This document shows positions 8,965-18,453 of a stretch of 48,019 nucleotides of DNA, in pieces. The stretch's first letter is position 1. Every line of letters begins with the position of its first letter. Made by a program: the position numbers and the translations under genes. The DNA is from an uncultured Candidatus Saccharibacteria bacterium (GTDB taxonomy: Bacteria > Patescibacteriota > Minisyncoccia > Phycocordibacterales > Phycocordibacteraceae), in contig CAYTKJ010000001.1 in the NCBI GenBank assembly GCA_964438675.1, forward strand, positions 1 to 48,019. The letters run 5' to 3'. Below the pieces are notes generated by a model. The model ran no database searches. It was given only the letters and a program-made list of their open reading frames with translations, and was not told the origin of the DNA.

Positions 8965-9261
8965 TCATGTTCTTGAGAATTTGAGCATAACAGGCACCAC
9001 CTCACCATCTTCTAGTCCCTCCGTACGCCGCACTGAGGCTTTAATAGGCAGTAGGTACGTACCGCTTTTCTTGTCTGGAAATACGCTCGTATCCCACTTT
9101 GTTTTCCCTACTTTCGCGGAAATCCTAATAGATCCAAACCCACGTTTTATTTTTACTGTCTTCCTCAATTTCTCAGAATCCACCTTGGGTACCGTGACAA
9201 ACCGCCACGCGGCCTTGTCCCCTGGGTATACCCACAGTTTTGCCTTAAAACTAACTCTCAT
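8965..9261 (-). CDS. DUF1905-like small protein
   Basis: 98 aa. The pattern KAAWRFVTVPK ... GFGSIRISAKVGKTKWDTSVFP ... YLLPIK matches my memory of DUF1905. The ORF ends with TGA. Confidence 0.55.
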   Translation of the reverse strand: MRVSFKAKLWVYPGDKAAWRFVTVPKVDSEKLRKTVKIKRGFGSIRISAKVGKTKWDTSVFPDKKSGTYLLPIKASVRRTEGLEDGEVVPVMLKFSRT

Positions 9262-11032
9262 CTTTCTCTATAATAAACCCGCCGGCCTGGAGTTCCCATA
9301 GATTTTTATACAAGGACCCCTCTGTCTTAAGAAGCTGGTCGTGTGTACCGTCCTCTTTAATTACTCCCTCATCTACCACAACAATTCTGTCCATCATGCG
9401 GATAGTAGAGAGTCGGTGAGCGATTGCTATAACTGTTTTTCCTTTCATCAAGCTATCGAGTGCGTCCTGTATGAGTGCTTCAGAGTGCGAGTCTAGGGAC
9501 GAAGTAGCTTCATCGAGTATCAGAATCGGTGCGTTTTTGAGAATGGCCCGCGCGATAGCGACACGCTGACGCTCACCACCGGAGAGCTTTACCCCGCGCT
9601 CACCAACGTGCGTCTCATACTTTTCAGGCAAGGAGTCAATAAACTCGTGGCAGTGTGCAAGTTTGGACGCAGCTATGACTTCATTATCTGTTGCGTCAGG
9701 GCGCCCATAGCGGATATTCTCTAGGAGTGATCGATGAAAGAGTACAGGATCCTGCGGCACCAGTGAAACACTGCGTCTCAAGCTATCGAGTGTTACCTTT
9801 CGCAAGTCCTGTCCATCTATTGCTATTGAGCCTCCCGTCACATCATAAAGACGCAAAAGCAACCTAATAAACGTAGTCTTTCCTGCACCAGACGGACCAA
9901 CAAGCGCAACCTTTTGAGCAGACGGAATGGTAAGAGACACATCTGAAAGAATCTTTCTGGTTTCGTTGAAGTTAAAATCGACATGGATATACTCCACTAC
10001 TGCGTTTGTTACCGTAAGTGGTTTGGCTGTAGCACTGTCTTGTATGTCATAGGCGAGGTGCATAATTTCTACCATTTCTCTTGAATCTGTGATCGCTTCA
10101 TACAAATGTCTAATCACACGACCTAAATCCCACATCATATCTGAAAGTCGAATGAGGTAAATCTGAATAAGCACAAATGTACCTAGTGAAATAAGTCCTT
10201 GTGCCCAGTATTGAATCGCAAAGTAAAAGACCACAAACGTCACGCCGAGCATAATAAGTGTTTGCAAACCATCAAAGACCAATCCCAAGGTCCAAGACAT
10301 CCACATGGCGTGCGCACGACGAAACGTCACATCAGCAAAGGTCTTGTTCTCCTTTTCTGAAGCCGCAAAAAGTGTTATGGAGCTGTGATTAGTAACAATA
10401 TCTGAAAGCACCCCGGTAGTTTCTGAATCTAATTCTGCACGCCGCACATCGTACGGAAGCTTAAACATTGAGAACGCGTAGTTAAGAGCCAGAAACACGG
10501 CTATCCACACGATCATTATGTATGCAAGCGCAGTATTTTCCTGATAGACCACATATATTGACCCAACCGCACCAATACAGATAGGTATGAGCGTTATGAC
10601 CAACGTGTCTGTAAGACGTTCAAACGCATTAGCAAAACGTCGAACGCGCTGCGAGAGTGAGCCGGCGAAATTGTTTTGAAAAAATGAAAACGAGTGATGT
10701 AGCATGTATGCCAGTGCATCTTGCGCTAAGACCGCCATACTTTTTGACTGAAAGGTGTTTAAGTACCAAAATGCGACACGCCCCGCTGCCCACCCAGCAA
10801 ACGAAACTGCCATAAAGACGTACAAAATGCCTACTAACTCTGCTGGTGATGCGTTCTGTGAGAGTCCATCAAAAAGTTCCTTGAGGTACAGTGGAGCAAA
10901 TACTCCCGCGAGCGCGTTTGCTGAAAACGCAAAAACAACTACCCAGAAGTAGCCATACAACCCACGCGCACCCCGCCAGTGCGCACGTAGCACGTCAAAA
11001 AATGATACCTTCCAGGCCTCTTTCTTTCGCAT
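9251..11032 (-). CDS. ABC exporter, fused permease/ATPase (MsbA/MdlB-like)
   Basis: 593 aa with six N-terminal TM helices, Walker A GPSGAGKTT, signature LSGGERQRVAIAR and Walker B ILILDEATS. Confidence 0.9.
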   Translation of the reverse strand: MRKKEAWKVSFFDVLRAHWRGARGLYGYFWVVVFAFSANALAGVFAPLYLKELFDGLSQNASPAELVGILYVFMAVSFAGWAAGRVAFWYLNTFQSKSMAVLAQDALAYMLHHSFSFFQNNFAGSLSQRVRRFANAFERLTDTLVITLIPICIGAVGSIYVVYQENTALAYIMIVWIAVFLALNYAFSMFKLPYDVRRAELDSETTGVLSDIVTNHSSITLFAASEKENKTFADVTFRRAHAMWMSWTLGLVFDGLQTLIMLGVTFVVFYFAIQYWAQGLISLGTFVLIQIYLIRLSDMMWDLGRVIRHLYEAITDSREMVEIMHLAYDIQDSATAKPLTVTNAVVEYIHVDFNFNETRKILSDVSLTIPSAQKVALVGPSGAGKTTFIRLLLRLYDVTGGSIAIDGQDLRKVTLDSLRRSVSLVPQDPVLFHRSLLENIRYGRPDATDNEVIAASKLAHCHEFIDSLPEKYETHVGERGVKLSGGERQRVAIARAILKNAPILILDEATSSLDSHSEALIQDALDSLMKGKTVIAIAHRLSTIRMMDRIVVVDEGVIKEDGTHDQLLKTEGSLYKNLWELQAGGFIIEKDES

Positions 11033-11048
11033 CTTCGTATTCTACCCC

Positions 11049-12830
11049 TTATCTTCGTGCCTTAGAACGGTCGTTCTCGGTCAAAGCTTGCTTACGAAGG
11101 CGTACTGAAAGCGGAGTGATTTCTAGGTACTCATCTTCGTTCATAACTTCGAGTCCGCGCTCGATAGAAAGCGTAAGTGGTGGTGTGAGCGTAATAGCAT
11201 CGTCAGAACCAGATGCGCGCATGTTGGTGAGTTGCTTACCTTTCGTAGGGTTTACGGTCATCTCCTCACCCTTCGACGTGTTTCCTATCACCTGCCCTTC
11301 GTACACGTCGATTGCAGGACCAATGTAGAGCGTACCGCGATCCTGGAGGTTATAGAGTGAGAAGCCGAGTGCCTTGCCGGAAGCCATAGAAATCATGGAC
11401 CCGACCTGTCGCTTCTTGATCTCGCCTGCGTACGGCATGAAGTCTATAAAGCGGGATGACAAGATGCCCTCGCCCTTCGTGTCGACAACAAACTGGTTAC
11501 GATAACCCAAGAGTCCGCGTGTAGGGCCCAAAAAGATCATACGCACCGTGTCGCCGTGTACCTTAAGGTCGGTCATCTGGAACGCTCGGATACCAAGTCG
11601 TTCGATAATAGCTCCCTGAAACTCTGCGGGTGTATCTATTACTACTTCTTCGAAGGGTTCCATCTTCTGACCATTCTCTTCCTTAATGATTACCTGAGGC
11701 TGTGACACTTGGATCTCGTACCCTTCACGGCGCATATTTTCCATAAGGATAGATACGTGGAGCTCTCCACGACCAAACACACGGAACGAGTCTGAGGACG
11801 AAAAGTCGACACGGAGTCCCACGTTGATCTCGAGCTCTTTCTCAAGACGCTCTCTAATCTGGCGGTTGGTAACAAACTTTCCTTCACGACCTGCAAATGG
11901 TGAGTTGTTAACCAAAAAGTTAAGTGCGATGGTTGGCTCGTCGACGTGGATAGATGGCAGTGGCTGCACCGACTCGTCTGTAGTGATGGTCTCACCAATG
12001 TAAATGTCTGGGAGTCCGGCGACCATCACAATGTCTCCTGCTTCTGCTTTTTCTGTTTCCACACGCTCGAGTCCGTTAAATGAAAATACTTTTACCGTGC
12101 GGCCAGTGCGCGACGTGCCGTCTGGTTTCTTTATGATGACGTTCTGGTTTGGCATCACGACGCCTTCATACACACGTCCGACAGCGAGGCGTCCGAGGAA
12201 GTTGTCGTACCCGAGGTTAAACGGCTGGAACTTTAGCGGCGTACCTTCTGGTGTTGGGTGTTCAGACTTTACATGCTCTAAGACAACATCAAGAAGTGGT
12301 GTTAGATCTTTGCGTTCGTCATCAAGCTTACGCATCGCAACACCCTCACGACCGATGGCGTAGACTACTGGAAAGTTAGACTGCTCGTCGTTTGCACCAA
12401 GTTCAAGGAAAAGTTCGAGTACCTGCTCTTCTGTACGATGCGCGTCTGCGGCTGGCTTATCGATTTTATTGATCACCAAGATAGGCTTAAGACCGAGCTC
12501 AAGCGACTTCTTAAGGACGAAGCGGGTCTGTGGCATAGGTCCCTCCTGTGCGTCAACAATAAGAAGCACCGAGTCGATAGAGCGGAGCACGCGCTCCACC
12601 TCAGAGCCAAAGTCTGCGTGTCCTGGTGTGTCTACAATGTTGATCTTAGTACCCTTGTAGGTAACTGAAGCGTTTTTAGCGTAAATAGTAATGCCACGCT
12701 CCTGCTCGAGCTTGTTGGTGTCCATGGTGACCCCCTCCTTCGCAGCCCCGGTCTGACGCAAAATAGCGTCCGTTAAGGTCGTTTTACCGTGGTCCACGTG
12801 TGCAATAATCGCAATATTTCGAATTTCCAT
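11049..12830 (-). CDS. typA: Translational GTPase TypA/BipA
   Basis: [22 protein letters not shown] and NKIDK. The 593-aa length and the C-terminal region are typical of BipA. Confidence 0.93.
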   Translation of the reverse strand: MEIRNIAIIAHVDHGKTTLTDAILRQTGAAKEGVTMDTNKLEQERGITIYAKNASVTYKGTKINIVDTPGHADFGSEVERVLRSIDSVLLIVDAQEGPMPQTRFVLKKSLELGLKPILVINKIDKPAADAHRTEEQVLELFLELGANDEQSNFPVVYAIGREGVAMRKLDDERKDLTPLLDVVLEHVKSEHPTPEGTPLKFQPFNLGYDNFLGRLAVGRVYEGVVMPNQNVIIKKPDGTSRTGRTVKVFSFNGLERVETEKAEAGDIVMVAGLPDIYIGETITTDESVQPLPSIHVDEPTIALNFLVNNSPFAGREGKFVTNRQIRERLEKELEINVGLRVDFSSSDSFRVFGRGELHVSILMENMRREGYEIQVSQPQVIIKEENGQKMEPFEEVVIDTPAEFQGAIIERLGIRAFQMTDLKVHGDTVRMIFLGPTRGLLGYRNQFVVDTKGEGILSSRFIDFMPYAGEIKKRQVGSMISMASGKALGFSLYNLQDRGTLYIGPAIDVYEGQVIGNTSKGEEMTVNPTKGKQLTNMRASGSDDAITLTPPLTLSIERGLEVMNEDEYLEITPLSVRLRKQALTENDRSKARR

Positions 12831-12862
12831 AATAAAAACCGCCCGAAGGCAACATTACTATA

Positions 12863-13702
12863 TCACAATTTAGAGCGAATGAGAAGGAAGTGTGGGAATT
12901 CGGACTCGAAACCTACGTTCGAAGAGTACACCTCCTTGAGATCTGAGATCATAAACCTTGCGTCCTTTAGTGCCGATGCATACGAGTCAAGTGGACGGTG
13001 GTAAAAAAAGCTCGTGACTTGTGCACCGCCAGTGCGCTGCGGAAGTGGAATGGTTATTTCTGTTTTGTATCGATCAACGCGTCTATAAGTAAGCTTACGT
13101 CCTGCATCAGTCCCCCACCCGCTCTGGCGAGGAATACGAAATGCTGGATGCACCATAAAAATCAGAAGCTCCCCACTCGGTTTTAGTAAGAGCGCTGCAT
13201 TTTTTATCGCATCGCGATGATTGTCGATATCTTGTATCGAAAACATAAACACCGCGCGATCAAATTTCTCTTTAACCGGAAGTGCGATGCCGCCTGGACG
13301 TGCCACGTCAGAAACAAAAAACTGTGCCTTGCTTCCCCCATTCTTCTTTGCTTCGCGGATCATGCTCGGTGACTTATCGACACCGACATAGTCTACTCCT
13401 GCCTTTTCCACCTGTTCGCGGAGCGCTCCGAGCCCACAACCGAGCTCAACTAAGCGCATACCTCTTTTCAGCTCCAGCGCCTTAAGAATTTCAGGTATAG
13501 CGTAGCGCTTATGAAAGTTTGATCCTCCGCCTGCCCAGCCCGCATACCAGGGTGCCATCTCGTCCCAACCCGTCTTAACAGTGCGACGCTCTTCCTTCTC
13601 TACCGGTCCATAGACACCGCGCGCTCCGCGGGCCATAGGACTCGGCCCGTTTTTACCCGGGCCTCTGTTGTCGAATCGGCCCCTGCGCTTTATCCCTGCC
13701 AT
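12863..13702 (-). CDS. Class I SAM-dependent methyltransferase with an Arg/Gly-rich N-terminal tail
   Basis: Motif I LVELGCGLGAL followed by VGVDKSPSMI. I placed the start at MAGIKRR rather than the track start, because the longer version would overlap the divergent gene. Ends with TGA. Confidence 0.7.
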   Translation of the reverse strand: MAGIKRRGRFDNRGPGKNGPSPMARGARGVYGPVEKEERRTVKTGWDEMAPWYAGWAGGGSNFHKRYAIPEILKALELKRGMRLVELGCGLGALREQVEKAGVDYVGVDKSPSMIREAKKNGGSKAQFFVSDVARPGGIALPVKEKFDRAVFMFSIQDIDNHRDAIKNAALLLKPSGELLIFMVHPAFRIPRQSGWGTDAGRKLTYRRVDRYKTEITIPLPQRTGGAQVTSFFYHRPLDSYASALKDARFMISDLKEVYSSNVGFESEFPHFLLIRSKL

Positions 13703-13721
13703 GCCTTGTATACTAACAGAT

Positions 13722-13988
13722 ATGGGACATAAGCCTATGAATGAGTTGGCGGATGAGATCGCTACATTTAAAGACAGAATCGACATACCTGGCACGTATG
13801 TGCATTACAAAGACGATACGAAAACATACACGACTCGCAAATTTGTAATCATCGAAGCGACCGAGGAGGTGGGTATTGAGTACCAAGCAAACTACGGCCC
13901 GCACCTCACCTTCGTCCGCCCTGTAAAAGAATGGCTCGACATGGTCGAACATAACGGTAAGTCCGTCCCCCGTTTCAGAAAAGCCTAG
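13722..13988 (+). CDS. DUF1653-like small protein
   Basis: GTYVHYKDDTKTYTTRKFVIIEATEEVGIEYQANYG ... FVRPVKEWL fits the DUF1653 pattern as I remember it. The start was chosen at MGHKPM. Confidence 0.55.
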   Translation: MGHKPMNELADEIATFKDRIDIPGTYVHYKDDTKTYTTRKFVIIEATEEVGIEYQANYGPHLTFVRPVKEWLDMVEHNGKSVPRFRKA

Positions 13989-14066
13989 ATTTAGATAGTA
14001 GCGTCGGACGTCACTATATCAACAGTATCGAGAGATTCAGAAGAGTTACGGACACAGCTAGTTCGG

Positions 14067-14585
14067 CTATTTATCTGCTGTAAATATCTTATTCGCGAGT
14101 TCAGCTTTAGGCCAAAGAGTTATATTATTTGAGTCGAACGTCGAGGAGGAATTTTTATCAGAATTTTGAATGTACCTTCTAATTTTACCAACTAAAACTC
14201 TTGGGTCGCTAGTTGCCCCCTCTTTTAACTGTAAAGTGTGCATTATTTCATTGAGAAGTGCATCATCCTTTACCCAGAGGACAAGCTCAAACGACATGCG
14301 ATTTAGATCTTCATAATAGGTACTTAATTCATTAGTACTTAGAAGTTCCAGCTCGTGACCTCTGTACTTAATCCACCTTGAAAACAGTGCTGCGACACTC
14401 TCTGCCTTCTGTCTTAGTAACTGTTCAAAACGATAATCCTCTAATTTAACTTCATATTCATGGCGAATCGATTGCTCTAGTCGTGCGGCGATCCACTTTA
14501 AGAGCAACCATTGAACTAGACAAAGTAATGCTGCGAGAATGATTGAACCTAGCAAAACTTGTACAAATGTCAGAGAGATAATCAT
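14067..14585 (-). CDS. Hypothetical membrane-anchored protein (AT-rich gene)
   Basis: 172 aa with one N-terminal TM helix followed by a charged helical region. I recognise no motif. It begins 4 nt downstream of folB. Confidence 0.5.
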   Translation of the reverse strand: MIISLTFVQVLLGSIILAALLCLVQWLLLKWIAARLEQSIRHEYEVKLEDYRFEQLLRQKAESVAALFSRWIKYRGHELELLSTNELSTYYEDLNRMSFELVLWVKDDALLNEIMHTLQLKEGATSDPRVLVGKIRRYIQNSDKNSSSTFDSNNITLWPKAELANKIFTADK

Positions 14586-14589
14586 GTTG

Positions 14590-14940
14590 CTAAGCCAACT
14601 TTCTTACAATTGTAACTCCAGGGACGCCGTTTTCCCAGATGTGGAGTTTTTTGATGGTGATGGTGACTTCGCGAGCGCGTTTGTCTTTTAAGACTTTCTT
14701 TGCGATGTCTTCGGCAAGGGTTTCGAGAAGGTAGCGCGGAGCGGCGGCGAAAACATCTTCAACTATCGTTTTAATGTGCGAATAGTTTAGTGAGTGGCGG
14801 AGCTTGTCTGACTTACCTGCTTTTACGGTATCTATCGCAACTTTGACTGAAACTTCGAACTCCTGTGCGCCCCTACGCTCGCTGACATAGTGTCCGTGCT
14901 TTCCGCTTATCCTGAGTCCGTCTATGTGTATATAATCCAT
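14590..14940 (-). CDS. folB: Dihydroneopterin aldolase family protein
   Basis: 116 aa. IHIDGLRISGKHGHYVSER ... EFEVSV and the overall length fit FolB/FolX. Confidence 0.7.
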   Translation of the reverse strand: MDYIHIDGLRISGKHGHYVSERRGAQEFEVSVKVAIDTVKAGKSDKLRHSLNYSHIKTIVEDVFAAAPRYLLETLAEDIAKKVLKDKRAREVTITIKKLHIWENGVPGVTIVRKLA

Positions 14941-14961
14941 GACTTTGGTATAGTAAGACCT

Positions 14962-16116
14962 ATGGACATCACTATACCGCTAGACGATGAAAAGCGCTTA
15001 CGCGAACACCTCAAGGCTCGTGCGGACGCTGAGGCGCGACGTATGGAGCGCTACCTAGACATGCCCGACCTTTCGCGCACCCCTGGCTCGCCGCTTTATG
15101 AAATATCTGAACGAGTGAAACGCGCGGACGCCTTTAAGGACTTCGACATAATCACCATTCCAGAAATTGTACCTACCGACATTTCGTTTGACCTCTTCGA
15201 CTTCCCTCCCGAGCATCCCGCACGCTCAAAGTCCGACACCTACTACGTGGACGAAAAAAATATCTTACGTACTCACGACACTGTGTTCTGGTACTACTAT
15301 CTTAACGACCCAAAGATTAAAGAACGCATCGCGAAGGGCGATGCTATGGGCGCACTCTGCTACGGCAAAGTGTACCGAAAGGACGAGGTAGACAGTAGAC
15401 ACATGAATGTCTTCCACCAGTTTGGCGGCTGGTACATCGCGCCCGTCTCACAACCAATTGTTCCTGAAGATTTGCACAAAGCACTCGGTGACATTGTGCA
15501 CGCAATCTTTGGCCCTCAGATGAAGTTCCGCATAAATCCTGACAACTTCCCGTACACAGACCCCTCATTCGAAGTGGAGCTTTATGTTAAAGGCACTGCG
15601 GCCGAGGGTCCAGCAAAGGGCGACTGGCTCGAGCTCTTAGGTTCAGGTATGCCAAAGGCTAGTGTGCTTAAGAAAATGGGTGTTGAGGGCTATCACGGCT
15701 GGGCCTTCGGTTTTGGTATTGAGCGACCAGCTATAGCGTCTATGGCGCTACCTGACATTCGCCTACTTTGGTCTACGGACGAGCGCATTAAAAAACAGCT
15801 CGTGCTTGGGCAAACGTACAAGGACGTATCTAAGTTCCCACCTTCTATACGTGATATTTCTTTTGTTGTCCCTAAATCGTTTGTGCCGAATGACTATTTC
15901 GACACCGTGCGCGACATCGCCGGAGATTTGGTAGAGGAGGTGCTCCTTATCGACAAATATGAGAATGATGAAAAGTTCGGAGTCGACAAGATGAGTTATG
16001 CCTATCGCATTAACTACCGATCAATTGAAAAAACCCTTACGAATGAAGTTGTTGAGGCGATTCACAAGCAAGTAGAGGCTGCTACGACAAAAGAGTTTGG
16101 CGCAACGATCCGCTAG
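14962..16116 (+). CDS. Single-chain phenylalanine--tRNA ligase: PheS-type catalytic core fused to a C-terminal FDX-ACB domain (mitochondrial-type layout)
   Basis: Class II motifs EHPARS, YRKDEVDSRHMNVFHQ and GWAFGFGIERPA, then LPDIRLLWSTDERIKKQ and a roughly 95-aa tail SKFPPSIRDISF ... GDLVEEVLLIDKY ... YRINYRSIEKTLTNE. I chose the start at MDITIPL because the longer track ORF overlaps folB. Confidence 0.85.
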   Translation: MDITIPLDDEKRLREHLKARADAEARRMERYLDMPDLSRTPGSPLYEISERVKRADAFKDFDIITIPEIVPTDISFDLFDFPPEHPARSKSDTYYVDEKNILRTHDTVFWYYYLNDPKIKERIAKGDAMGALCYGKVYRKDEVDSRHMNVFHQFGGWYIAPVSQPIVPEDLHKALGDIVHAIFGPQMKFRINPDNFPYTDPSFEVELYVKGTAAEGPAKGDWLELLGSGMPKASVLKKMGVEGYHGWAFGFGIERPAIASMALPDIRLLWSTDERIKKQLVLGQTYKDVSKFPPSIRDISFVVPKSFVPNDYFDTVRDIAGDLVEEVLLIDKYENDEKFGVDKMSYAYRINYRSIEKTLTNEVVEAIHKQVEAATTKEFGATIR

Positions 16117-16148
16117 AATTTAAGCCATATTTTGCTATACTGACCAGT

Positions 16149-17378
16149 ATGACCGAGGCAGCTTTGTATGTGACGCTATTTCTGGCGCTCTACTTCCAGG
16201 TGTTCGCACTCCTCACCTTTCTTTCGCGTGACGCCCGTTCACGTAGAGAAAAAAACCGCCTCGAAAGCAACTTTCCTAAAACTGCAGTTATTGTCCCGTG
16301 CTGGAACGAAGGCACCACTATCGGCGGCACCGTGGCCTCACTCCTTGCTCTCGACTACCCTGCTGACAAACTAGAAATTATTTTAGTAAACGATGGCTCG
16401 ACAGACAACACGCGTGAAGTGATGGACTCGTACGCAGAGCATCCATCAATAACGATTATCCATAAAGAAAACGGGGGTAAACACTCTGCAGTAAACCTTG
16501 GCATTCAGAAAACTGACGCGGAGTTTATCGGCTGTCTCGATGCCGACTCGTTTGTCCACCCAAGCGCACTTAAAGAAGTGCTGGCGCACTTTGATGACCC
16601 ACAGGTCGGTGCAGTTACCGCATCTATGACCGTCCACGAGCCTAAAAACATGTTGCAGGAAATGCAGTACGCCGAGTACCTTGCAGGTGTGGCACTTCGT
16701 CACATTCTCGCAGCAGTAAACGGTCTCTATGTTACGCCTGGCCCATTTTCTTTCTACAGAAAGTCTATTTTGGAGAAAGTAGGACATTTCCGTCACGGGC
16801 ACCAGACCGAAGACATGGAGATGGCGATGCGCCTCCAAAAGAACGGCTATAAGATCGAGAACGCTCCACGCGCGCAAGTATTTACTAAGGCCCCGCACAC
16901 CGTCTGGGGACTAATAAAGCAGCGTACCCGCTGGACGTCTGGCTTTATGCGTAACTCGTACGACTACCGAGGTCTTATTTTGAACCCTCGCCACGGCGTT
17001 TTGGGTCTCCTCGTCATGCCACTCGGTATACTGGCACTCATCGCAGGTATGGGGCTTTTCGTGCTCACAGTTGCTGACGCCGCTAGGCTTATCGCTACCG
17101 CTATCGCAACGCAAGGAGATGTTCCGTGGTCATTTGCGTTTTCACTTCCATCGTTTGACTGGTTTTACGTCCCAGTAACAGGTATCTTTGCACTCGGCAT
17201 AGTAGGTATTGCAGTGGTAACAACTACTATGTATATTGGAAAACGTATTTCTGGTTCGACGAAGCCCATCGCGCGCGACATTGTCTGGTACTTAGTAATT
17301 TACTCACTCATTGCCCCATTCTGGCTTTTTCGCTCGACTGCACACGTTGCTCTCGGGGTTAGAAATGCCTGGCGATAA
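16149..17378 (+). CDS. Processive family-2 glycosyltransferase (IcaA/PgaC/NodC-like membrane synthase)
   Basis: VIVPCWNEG, LVNDGSTDNT, LDADS, TEDMEM and the QRTRW (QxxRW) motif, with N- and C-terminal TM helices. 409 aa. Confidence 0.85.
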   Translation: MTEAALYVTLFLALYFQVFALLTFLSRDARSRREKNRLESNFPKTAVIVPCWNEGTTIGGTVASLLALDYPADKLEIILVNDGSTDNTREVMDSYAEHPSITIIHKENGGKHSAVNLGIQKTDAEFIGCLDADSFVHPSALKEVLAHFDDPQVGAVTASMTVHEPKNMLQEMQYAEYLAGVALRHILAAVNGLYVTPGPFSFYRKSILEKVGHFRHGHQTEDMEMAMRLQKNGYKIENAPRAQVFTKAPHTVWGLIKQRTRWTSGFMRNSYDYRGLILNPRHGVLGLLVMPLGILALIAGMGLFVLTVADAARLIATAIATQGDVPWSFAFSLPSFDWFYVPVTGIFALGIVGIAVVTTTMYIGKRISGSTKPIARDIVWYLVIYSLIAPFWLFRSTAHVALGVRNAWR

Positions 17379-17380
17379 CT

Positions 17381-18058
17381 ATGACACCTACGCAACGAAA
17401 TGCGGCTCTCGCGCTCGCCATAACGGTACTGCTCTTTGGTACGGTGCTGTATGCAGTTAATTACCTTAATACTATGCGGGTTGCAGAGCTTGCACACATT
17501 GAGGATAAAATCGCGCTTGACACTCTCTCTCTCGAAACACAGTTTGATCTATTGGCAGAGGCTCCGTGCTCTGAGGTGTCTGAAGGCACTGTGCTTTCGA
17601 GCGAACTTAATGACCTTTCTGACAAACTTTCATACGCTGAGGAGAGGCTCGGGAGTGACAACGAAGAGGTGCTTAAGCTTAAGCGCCAGTATACACTTCT
17701 CCAGATCAAGGATTACCTCCTTATGAAGAGACTTGCGAAGGAGTGTAAGAACCTGAAACCCGTCTTTGTGCTTTACTTCTACTCAAACAAAGGTGACTGT
17801 CCGGAGTGTGCAGAAGCAGGGTATGCGCTCTCGTATCTTCGACAAACGTATCCTGGGCTCAGGGTGTACTCATTCGACTACAACTTAGACTTAGGAGCCA
17901 TACAGACGCTCACTGCGGTCGTAGGCATGAAACCTCCCTTCCCTGCGTACGTGATAAACGGTAAAAACTTTAACGGCCTCACCTCACTCACCGATTTAGA
18001 ATCTAAACTTCCTCTCAACCTACTCGCAACCACTTCAGATAGAAGTGTCCGTAATTAA
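17381..18058 (+). CDS. Membrane-anchored thioredoxin-fold protein (CPEC motif)
   Basis: 225 aa with an N-terminal TM helix, a coiled segment, then FVLYFYSNKGDCPECAEAG in a thioredoxin/glutaredoxin-like context. Confidence 0.6.
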   Translation: MTPTQRNAALALAITVLLFGTVLYAVNYLNTMRVAELAHIEDKIALDTLSLETQFDLLAEAPCSEVSEGTVLSSELNDLSDKLSYAEERLGSDNEEVLKLKRQYTLLQIKDYLLMKRLAKECKNLKPVFVLYFYSNKGDCPECAEAGYALSYLRQTYPGLRVYSFDYNLDLGAIQTLTAVVGMKPPFPAYVINGKNFNGLTSLTDLESKLPLNLLATTSDRSVRN

Positions 18059-18319
18059 GGTGTGTGGACGCGGCTCTAAAGTTTCGAACGGTTCGTAGTT
18101 GTCCGCTGTACCTGACGTATCGCAAGCTCAGTGGCTTCGTCCCAGTTTAATCCAAAAAAATTTCTAACCCGAGTCACCAACGACAACTCTGCATTGAAAA
18201 ATCCTCCCCTGAACCAGAGTACTAGTAACGCGGCACGCACGCGCGCCTCGCGTACACTGCGCCCCTCCTCAACACCCTCACGATTATTAAAAAGCATAGA
18301 TAGTGTTATTGATTTGTTT

Positions 18320-18353
18320 TGTGAGCCGCCTCCCAGATTCGAACTGGGGACCT
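18320..18353 (-). repeat. Orphan copy of the tRNA-Thr 3' part (variable loop, T arm, acceptor 3' strand, plus a 4-nt trailer)
   Basis: 34 of 34 nt are identical to 18450-18483. The sequences diverge immediately on both sides. Confidence 0.9.
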
Positions 18354-18453
18354 GAGATTTACTTCCGTGTGAGTGAGGAGAATAGGCGCTTGCGCATATT
18401 CTCGAGTGAACACTGGAAGCAAGATTTTAGTTTCTAAAAGCTTACATCCTGTG

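Noticed and set aside
18076-18297. 73-aa minus-strand ORF as a real gene.
   Set aside because: There is no recognisable motif or obvious ribosome-binding context, and it overlaps an equally weak plus-strand ORF. I report the region as unassigned rather than annotating it.
18320-18353. tmRNA, or a second functional tRNA, ending in the T arm/acceptor copy.
   Set aside because: The copy is identical to the tRNA-Thr 3' part. No matching 5' acceptor strand (GCCGCCT) or anticodon arm lies in a foldable position, and no tmRNA-like GGGG 5' end or tag frame is present.
18400-18420. SRP RNA, considered because of a GGAAGCA string near the tRNA.
   Set aside because: The surrounding sequence does not form the conserved domain IV helix with symmetric and asymmetric loops around a GNRA tetraloop. 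The string is an isolated short match.
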